19,924 bases of DNA from Cyanophora paradoxa CCMP329. Taxonomy: Eukaryota; Plantae; Glaucophyta. The first letter of the stretch is position 1; each line of letters starts with the position of its first letter. The position numbers were made by a program, and so were the translations under genes. This document shows, one piece after another, positions 1 through 7,848 of this stretch. The notes beneath the pieces are model-generated. The model was not told the DNA's origin. It saw nothing but the letters and a program-made list of their open reading frames with translations, and ran no database searches. Where the stretch lies: NCBI GenBank assembly GCA_004431415.1, contig QPMI01000617.1, positions 1-19,924 of the forward strand. Direction: 5' to 3'.

Positions 1-3000
1 TTGGGATTTGACGACGTCGAGGACCCCCTTGACGTTCCCTCTCGGCGACGGCGGCCCGTCAGTACCACACCCATTGCGCGAATGACGGACACGAACCGCA
101 CGCTCAGAGAGCGCATCAACGACGGCCGAATCTGCGTCAACTTGCATATCGCCGCTATCGATCACCGACGACAAGTCCTTCAATACCTCCTCACCAAGGC
201 ATTGGTGGATACAGGAGCCGCTGCGGACGTACTCGACGGCAGTATCGCCGACAAACTGCCAGCCTTCGCTACAGCAACGCTCCGCGCGTGCACCTCACCG
301 GCTTTGGAACGGACATGACTGCCTATGCGCGCATCGCATTCATTGCAATTAAGGTTGGTCCGGTCACAATTCCGCGAAGGTCCTCGTCGTCGCGCCTGGT
401 TCATGGGCAACACTCCAATGCTACTCGGCCTCACAACGCTGGTGGCGCTCAACGCTCACATCGTGCTCGACCCAGCAAATTGGGGATGACGATCACGTCG
501 CCTGACTCCTCGGATGGCGAACGATTCCACGTCCTTTTCGGCTGCGGGCCAGCACGACGGCGGCGTTCTGGTCCGATTGGCGAAGGACATCACTGTACGG
601 CCGGGTGAATCGCTCGTTCGATGTTACATGCCACAAACGACTTCGAACACGACTCTCGGCGCACCGGAAGTCCTCCTCACTCCGCACCACTCCTCCTCGA
701 CGACGACGGCTTCGACGGAGCCGACGAAGTCGAATCTTGGTGCCATACCAAATTCACCGAACCCAGCACACGCACGTTTTCGTGCAGATCTGCAACCTCA
801 CAGGCGGCCTGTCCGCCTGCGAGCCGGAACTGTGATTGCGGAGACTGAATTCGGGACTTGGCCGAGTCCGAATTCCGTCCACACGAGAATGTCGAGACCT
901 ACCCCAAGGGTGTTACAGCTCTGGACACCTCAACAACAACTGACATTCCCGATCTCTTCCGTAGCCGCGCAAATCTATGAGAACTTCAAGCCTGTTGTCG
1001 TACCCCGACGCTCGCAACCACGGCGCTACATCTCCCGAGCCCGACGCCTCTACCCGGAGGTCTACCACCGACGACCGCCCGAACCCAACTGCAAGGAGGG
1101 CGAGGCGGCGCATGTTGGCTCCGTCGATGCTGCTGCCGACATCCCGCTATCCCACGAGGCCAGCGAGCATCTCATGTCGTACGTCGCACGTGTCGTCACC
1201 CCTTACACTGCTCGAACCGGCGATCACTTCAACGACAAGGAGCTCATGGAGCTGGCCAGTTTCTTCGAGCCTCACTTCGCCCGCTTCGACTCCAAGCCGA
1301 TGCTGTTGGCCCCGCAGTCGGCCCCACGGTGCCCATCGCGTCCGTCAATGCCGACGCTCGAATGGAGCCCCCGTCGAGTGACACTGCGCCTCCTACAAAG
1401 CCATCGCCCGAGACCATCAAGGCGATGGTGGACGCCTGTTGAAACCATCGGAGTCGAACCCCGACGCCCTTCCGAGGATCGCACTCAACTCCAGAACCTT
1501 CTCACGCAACGCCAGCACTGCTTCGCCCAGAACATCAATCCACGCAGCTCCTGAAGTACAAGCACAGCATCCGACTTCTGCCCGGCGTCCCCGCCAAGCA
1601 CCTCCCGCTGTACACCGTCCCTCGCCGGCTCTCTCCGCCTGCGGAGAAGGCTGCGAAGGCGGAAATCGAGAAGCTGCTACGCGACGGTCTCATCGAGCCT
1701 TCGCAAGCTGGTTTCGGCAGCCCCGTGGTGCGGCACCGAAGAAGGATGCACGATGCGATTCTGCGTCGACTACAGGAAGCTCAATTCCCTCACGGAACGT
1801 GATGTCTTCCCGTTGCCACGCATTGAGGACCAATTGGAGCGCCTACAGGTGCGTCCACGTTCTCGACTGGCGACGCAACGTCGGGTTTCTGGCAGTTGGA
1901 ACTCGACGAGGAGTCACGTGACCTGACGACATTCATCGTCCCTGGGGAATGTACAGGTGGAAAGTGACCCCTTTTGGTATCACGAACGGCCCAGCGGCGT
2001 TCTGTCGAGCCGTGACGTCAATTTTGGGCAACCTTTTGTCCACCTGCGTCGTGGCGTACGTCGATGACCTCACGGTCCACTCGCCGAACGTCAAACAACA
2101 CCTTCTCGACCTGGAGGCCTTCTTCGCTGCGATCGACCGCGGTAACCTCAAACTCAAGCCCAGCAAATGTCGTTTCATGGTGCGGGAAGTCGAGCTGCTC
2201 GGATTCCGTGTCAGCAGCGACGGCATTCGCATGGACCCCAAGAAGGTTGAGATCATCTCCAAGATCACGGCGAACGAACTCCAGACTGTCGAGCAACTCC
2301 GCAGTTTCCTCGGCCTCACGGGCTTCTACCGGCGCTTCGTACAGAGTTACGCGCGACGGGAACTTTCCCTGCGAGACCTCCTTACGGACGCACTACGAGC
2401 CGACCGGCTCAACTGGTGTGGAATGACGAGGCTCTCGCTGCGTTGGACGACCTCAAGAAGGCGATGTGCGAGGACATTGTGCTGATGCTGCCCGACTTCA
2501 CGAAGCCGTTCATCATTTACACGGACTGGAGCAAACGGGCCATGGAGCGGTGCTCATGCAGGAGGACAAGGACGGCCGCGAGCGCCCGATCGCATTCATC
2601 AGTCGTACTCTGACAAACATGGAGCGCAAGTACCAATCACCAACGGAGGGCGAATGCATTGCGGTACTCTGGGCGTTAAGGTCTGCACCACTACTTCGTC
2701 TGCGGCCACCCGTTCACGATCCGCACGGATCATTCGGCGTTGCAATGGTTGAAGACACAGGAGCTGGCGAACAACAAGACGCTTGGGCGCGCGGCCATCG
2801 CCCTCAACCACTACAACTACACTATCGAGTACCGCAACGGGCGGTCGAACGTCGTTGCGGACTGCTGCTCTCGCCTTGCGGAGACGCACGCAGTGTACAA
2901 GCCTGGCGGCGCTGACGGCACTGACATCACGACTTCGATACCAGACGGCGCTCACGGGTTCGGTGTGCCCGATGCGGGAGACTACGACGATCCACGCGAA

Positions 3001-5854
3001 CTCTACCGCGTCGCCATCCACCGCACCTCCTCGGCCCTGCAAACATACTCTGGACGGCCGGCGTGGATCCCTACTGGGGATAGACGCCGCGCCACCACGC
3101 GACCCGAGCACCTTGCCCCGGCGCCACCGCGCCGAGACCGCGACGACCCTCAGACTTCACGGCGACGTCCAAGGTCGTTGACGCCCGACACTCAGCGAGT
3201 GCGTGACATCGTCGAGAACGCGGCCTGGAAGACGTGGAGTCCCAGATCACGCTGGAACGGCTCCACGAGAACGGCGCCCTCTCTGCCCCCGACGTCGTAC
3301 CCATGGAAGTTGACACGCCTGCACCGGCCGCAGCGGCAGACGAGGCGGGCGCGACGGCCCCTCCTGCACGGCGACGCCGCGGGGTGACGAACCTCGAGCA
3401 TACACTCGACGGCGCGGCCTGGCTACCGGCCGAGGGTCGCCGCCGCCGACTTCAAGTTCGAGGACAGGAGAGCTCCGCTGACGGGCTTCAAGCTCGAGGA
3501 CGGGAGAGCTCGGCCCGGAGGCCTCGGTCTCAGTCACCGGAAGGAGGGGGAGGGGGTACAGACGAGGAGAGCGAGCCGTCGCTACCCCGTCCATCTTTGC
3601 GAGGCTTCGATCGTCAAGCAGCTGACCGCACGCTACGCGACTCTGTGGAACGGGCACGACGCCGGGCCCTCACGGATGACGGCCAATCTTCGCAGTCCTC
3701 GGCGTCCGACGGAACGTCGAACTCAAGACGGAGCACGGCTTGGAGTGTCCCGCGCCAATACCAGCGACGGCTTGAAAAGGACTACGCTGACCGCCTCGCC
3801 AGTGATCGCGACAGACGTTCGCGTGGGGCCCGAGATCTGCACGAAGCCTCGCGGAAAGGACGGCGACGACGCTCGAACGGCGACGCCAACTGGCAGAGAT
3901 GGGCCGTACCCCGTCTGAGATCGACGCGCTCGTACCCCTGCCCTCTGTTCGGAACCGAACCCCGAGGAGCGGCGCAGACGGCGACAATCCCGCAAGGCGC
4001 TGAACGCCAAGGCATGCCCCGTACCGCGGGTGAAGCCTCCCAAGGGCAAGAATTCACGGCAGTCTCGATATGCCATTGCGCCCCCGTCGCATCTCGACGT
4101 TGCTGACGAGGAAGAGTACATGCACTTCCTGCAGCAAGAACGTGACCTCGGTCGTCCGCGACCTGATCCCACTTCTAGCAGCGCTATCGCCCCGCTGGAC
4201 GAAGGTGAAGGCGCCCAGAATGAGCCGACACACGTTCGCTTGCCGCGTGCACCGTTGTCATGGACACCTGGAGCGAGGGCCCCGCCCCTCGTTGACGTTC
4301 CTCCGCCACCGACGATCCGTGAACTTGTTTCCGATGGGACCGCGGTCATCATGGCTCAGGCTCGTGACCCTCTTTGCCAGATGGTGTTCGCACTTCTTCG
4401 CGAGAAGGAGAACCTGGCGCGCTGTCACTCCCACTACACTGCTGGTGAACGTGACCCGGAGGTGCTTGGGAGCTGCATTCTCTGCAAGTCTGCACGCGAT
4501 CGCTTCGCTCGTGAAGCTACTCAGTACACGATCGATGAGCAAGATACCGTACTGCGGTTGCCCTTGCTCCCCACTATGCGGCCTCAGATCGTTGTACCCC
4601 CAGAGTGGCGGAGAAGATTGTTCACGCTTACCACGATGACTGGGCTCACCGTGGTGCCCCCATTGTTGCTCGGCGCATCGCCTCACGGTTTTGGTGGCCG
4701 GGCATGACGACTGCTGTCCATCGCTACGTGAAGACGTGCCGACACTGTCAGTTTGCCAAGGCTCACAAGAAGCCGAAGTCACAATTCACTGTGATCGAGT
4801 CTGAGCATCCTGGCGACTTGCGTCAAGCCGATCACTTCCCTATGGCGCCCTCTGAGAACGGTCGACTTCACCGTTTCACACTTGTGCACATTGACGTCGA
4901 CGCTTTTACCAAGTACCCTGAGATTTTGATGCTGACGGAGGCTGATGGTCGTGCTGTGAGTGGGCTGCACAAACTGTGTACGCGAATCACGGCCCTTGCA
5001 AGCGGTATCTCACGGATAACGCCAAGGTCTTCACGCCTACTAGTCTCTGGGGCAAATTCTGGACTCGCCAGGGTACTCGGTTGATTTACGCTCCCACGTC
5101 CCACCAGTCCACGAACGGCGGTGCTGAGCGGCTTGGTGGCATTTACAAGCGCTTGGTGTATGCTCTTTGCGATGAGAACGGGGAGGACAATTCCCATTGG
5201 CCTTTCTATCATTATCGCGTGCTCTTCGCTCTCCGGACCACGATTCACGCTGCCACTGGTTTTTCACCCGCCGCTCTGCACTTTGGACGAGAATTGATGT
5301 TGCCTGGCGATCTTCGTCTCGACCTCACCCTGCGCGAACCTCACGAAGATCCCGTTTCTCTCTACGATTACGCTTTGTCGGTCGCTCGAGCCGCCCGCGA
5401 CCAAATCTCTGCCGTCCGAGAACACCGCAAACTTTACAACAAGAAGTTGCTTCGCTATGGCACTGGCCGTGAGCCGCATCGTGTTTTCAAGCCTGGTGAC
5501 AAAGTGTTGTGCTGGATTATCAGCGCGAAGACCAGTAACGTCAAGCGCACTGGGCCTCGCAATGGTTGGACTGGCCCTTACACTGTCACTGAGGTTCACT
5601 CTCACGGTCTTTTGTACACTGTCCGAGGCGATGACACTTCACTGGTGTATCGCTCGCGCGAGGTTCTCATGCACGTTGATCTCATGATCGCTTTTCACGA
5701 GCGTCCTGCCAATGTTCTCGCTCCCCGCAAAGCCGGTCGCCCTCGCAAGGCCCCCGTGCCTGTGCCGCCCGATCATGAGGTCCCCGTGCCTCCGCCACCT
5801 GCCGTTGATCCCGATTCACTTTCCGATGATGACACGACGGATGACGAGTCTTGA
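1..5854 (+). CDS. pol: pol polyprotein (protease, reverse transcriptase, RNase H, integrase), 5'-partial, interrupted by multiple 1-bp frameshifts that are probably sequencing errors
   Basis: Stitched from ORF fragments 1-318, 288-608, 514-1554, 1949-2485, 2416-2613, 2466-2915, 2740-3387, 3234-4106, 4030-4707, 4605-5084 and 4976-5854. It ends at TGA 5852-5854. Confidence 0.9.
130..480 (+). other. Retropepsin aspartic protease domain
   Basis: ALVDTGAAADVL with catalytic DTG at 208-216, flap-like VHLTGFG (~288-308), and C-terminal MLLGLTTLVALNAHI (~418-462) equivalent to the ILG.D.L motif. Confidence 0.85.
1555..2490 (+). other. Reverse transcriptase domain plus thumb/connection
   Basis: KHSIRL...EIEKLLRDGLIEPS...FGSPVV...KKD(G)TMRFCVDYRKLN...FPLPRIED...GDATSGFWQ (Asp 1872-1874)...PFGITNGPAAF...YVDD (2057-2068)...LKLKPSKC...LLGFRVS...LRSFLGLTGFYRRFV. 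Confidence 0.96.
2491..2880 (+). other. Ty3/gypsy RNase H domain
   Basis: PDFTKPFIIYTDWS...GAVLMQ...ERPIAFISRTL...EGECIAVLWAL...FTIRTDHSALQWL...IEYRNGRSNVVADCCSRL. The D-E-D-D catalytic set is present. Confidence 0.95.
4350..5854 (+). other. Integrase: H2C2 zinc-binding domain, DDE core, GPY/F module, AT-hook-like and acidic tail
   Basis: AQARDP...VVPPEW...YHDDWAHRG...RFWWPGM...YVKTCRHCQ. Core QADH / VDAFTKY / LTDNAKVF / NGGAER, with 36 residues between the second D and the E. Then TGFSPAALHFGRE, FKPGDKVL...WTGPYTV, and PRKAGRPRK at 5723-5749. Confidence 0.94.
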
Positions 5855-6062
5855 ATCACGGCCTGTACTGCGGTTTACCGGATTCACTTCCGTTGTCGAT
5901 GACGTGCCCTTCACTGGGATGTGGCTTGCGAGTTTCGGGAATTCTCTCTTGGCGCTGGGTCAGCGGCTGATCACCGCTGCCTGGTTTGCCCTCAACCAAA
6001 TGCGCAGCTCTACATCTCTTCTGATCCAGCCGCGTGGAAGCGTCTGTGAGGACCTGGAGAGC

Positions 6063-6360
6063 TGTTGCCGATAGGGTTTCCTAGCCGTTAGTGCTTTGTT
6101 TGCACTTCGTTCGCAGTAGTACCGTGACTTGACCCGCGGCTTCTCGCGATTTCCTGAGTCACTGTACCCCTGTACGAAGATGCGACCCTAGCTACTTTTT
6201 CTGACTCTAGCTTGATACTTTCCGGTAGCCGTGTCCTAGGGTACACAGTAGTCTGTGATTAGCAGCTTTCTCTTGCAACGTGACAGCCTGCTCGCCTGCT
6301 GCTGGTACGCTACGGGAAGGTTGCTAAGGTCTACTGGGACGTATAAAACCTCCTAAAACA
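6063..6360 (+). repeat. Candidate 3' LTR (TGTT...AACA, 298 bp); alternative minimal LTR 6322-6360
   Basis: TGTTG at 6063 follows purine-rich GAGGACCTGGAGAG, and the region ends AAAACA at 6360. The alternative start is TG at 6322 after GGGAAGG (6314-6320). There is no 5' LTR in the window to confirm either. Confidence 0.35.
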
Positions 6361-6615
6361 GGACACCTCACTTTCACGTCCCTTTTCGCACCCGGCAAGT
6401 ACAAACCTCTCGAGCTCGTGGCACCGCCAGCCGCCGCTCTGACGACGCCTGCTGAACCCGACCCCCCCCCCCCAACCACCCATTCCCGGCTCGCTGAGTC
6501 GACGTCCCCTCCCTCGTCGACCCAGCCGACACCCCAAACCTTGAACGACCCTCGACCATCCTCGGTCCCTCCCCAGGCCTCGACCGACCCCAGGCTCCGG
6601 ATCCGGCCCCACGCC

Positions 6616-6735
6616 GGCTTCGGCCACCCCTTTGGCTTCGGCACTAGTACTCCCCCGGCTTCGGCCACAATCTTGGCCTCGGCCACCCTCCGGCTTCGGC
6701 CCGGCTCTGGCTTCGGCCACCCCCCGGCTTCGGCC
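6616..6735 (+). repeat. Minisatellite of seven GGC(T/C)TCGGC(C) cores, ~18 bp period, present in each array unit
   Basis: Cores at 6616, 6634, 6657, 6675, 6692, 6709 and 6726 in copy 1. Confidence 0.9.
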
Positions 6736-6859
6736 GACCTTTCCGACCCCTCGCGGCCCGCCTTGCCTCCATGCTCCCAGCTCTCTCAGAGAGTCTGCTC
6801 CGTCTGCAATTGTCCGCGCTCTCTCCACTCGGTCGTCTCCGCACCCCTCCCCGCCCCGC

Positions 6860-7057
6860 CCCGCATCCGCTGCCCACCCCGGCTACTGCCTCTGCGCACT
6901 CCCTCTCCTTCCTCCTCTCCTCCTCCTACCACCTCCTTCACCTTGACAAGACAGGGCACGGACTAATCCGGGCCCTGGGGCGCAGGTGAGGCGGAGTAGG
7001 GACCCGGAAGGCGGAGGAGTGGTGGTGCGGCGGCAAGGGAGGGTGGCGGACTGCGGG
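6860..7057. repeat. Degenerate ~100 bp-arm inverted repeat centred on CTAA 6963-6966, present in each array unit
   Basis: The core CAGGGCACGGA-ctaa-TCCGGGCCCTG pairs at 10 of 11 positions. The outer arms align, e.g. CCGCA-TCCGCTGCCCACCCC vs reverse complement CCGCAGTCCGCCGCCCTCCCT (majority sequence). Centres in other copies: 9412, 11873, 14310, 16742, 19198. Confidence 0.8.
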
Positions 7058-7848
7058 ACCTTTCACTTCCAGGGCTCATGAGGGATGGAGGAGTTGATCA
7101 AGGGGTGGGCGCGTGGGACTGGTTACGGCTATCGATATCCCCGAAAACCATGTCTCCCCCACTCAGGCGATCGCGAACCTCCCATATTGAGCGACCCAAG
7201 GCCGGCAACTTGCTAACACTTCAGCTAGATAGTCGACCGGTCGGAAGGGCACGTCACGTAGAACATTGCCAAGTTGATACATGTGCCGTGGTTTATCAAT
7301 GCGACGTCCATCTGTGCAAACAAAGGAAGGGGGGGGGGGGGCGGCGAGTATGTCAGGGGCTCATTTACGATTGATCATGATCTTGTTTGTTTTGAATTCA
7401 TTAATTGCAGATGACAAGCTTAAGGGGCCACGATTTCAGCGCGCGAGTGCGTGCGCGAATTCGAGTGCATGACCGAAAAGCATGCATTGCAACGATCGCG
7501 AACGTTCATGATCATGTTCGTTTGTGAAGGGGCGCGAATATTCGCGCGCACGATTGCCGCGCCTGACCCGCCCTGAACGAAATGCATGCATTGCAATACG
7601 ACCGAGGCAGGAGCGCTCCTGATCGTGTTCGTTCGTGAACTTCTTTGTTTCGCGCGTGCACGAATGGCCTGAACCGCGCGCACGCGATGCGCTAATGAAT
7701 CGCTTTTGTTTTTCATTAATTCATTTGAAGAGGGGCCGACGATTTAAGGACCGACGATTTAACAGTGCGCGCGCGTGGTGCGTGCGCAACTTCGTGCCTG
7801 ACCCGCGATGCGCTAAGGTCTGCGGTCTTTAAATTGTCGCGCCCCGGT

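Larger units (their letters stand above)
1..6360 (+). mobile_element. Ty3/gypsy LTR retrotransposon (non-chromovirus-like), 5' part outside the window
   Basis: Recognisable PR, RT, RNase H and integrase motifs in the gypsy order PR-RT-RH-IN. The sequence switches abruptly to the tandem-repeat unit at ...CCTCCTAAAA|CAGGACACC (6359). The 3' boundary is inferred from that switch. Confidence 0.93.

Noticed and set aside
180-5605. Numerous minus-strand and alternate-frame ORFs over pol
   Set aside because: These are shadow ORFs of a GC-rich coding sequence with no independent motifs.
5712-6074. Extra ORF (env-like or ORF3) downstream of pol
   Set aside because: It has a non-ATG start, overlaps the integrase tail, and shows no transmembrane or other recognisable motif.
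6323-6332. GCTAAGGTCT shared between the element end and the array unit (7812-7821)
   Set aside because: It is a 10 bp match with no extension and is not at the junction, so probably chance.
6616-6735. CRISPR-like repeat-spacer array
   Set aside because: Repeats are 10 bp with 7-14 bp related spacers, there are no cas genes, and the context is eukaryotic. It is a minisatellite.
7078-7374. 98-aa + strand ORF MRDGGVDQ... repeated in several units
   Set aside because: It has no recognisable domain. Its recurrence only reflects array identity, and the antisense frame looks at least as protein-like.
7573-7582. Hammerhead ribozyme core (retrozyme hypothesis) at CTGAACGAAA, or minus-strand CTGAGGA near 8513-8519
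   Set aside because: There is no CUGAnGA-stem II-GAAA arrangement with flanking stems I and III.
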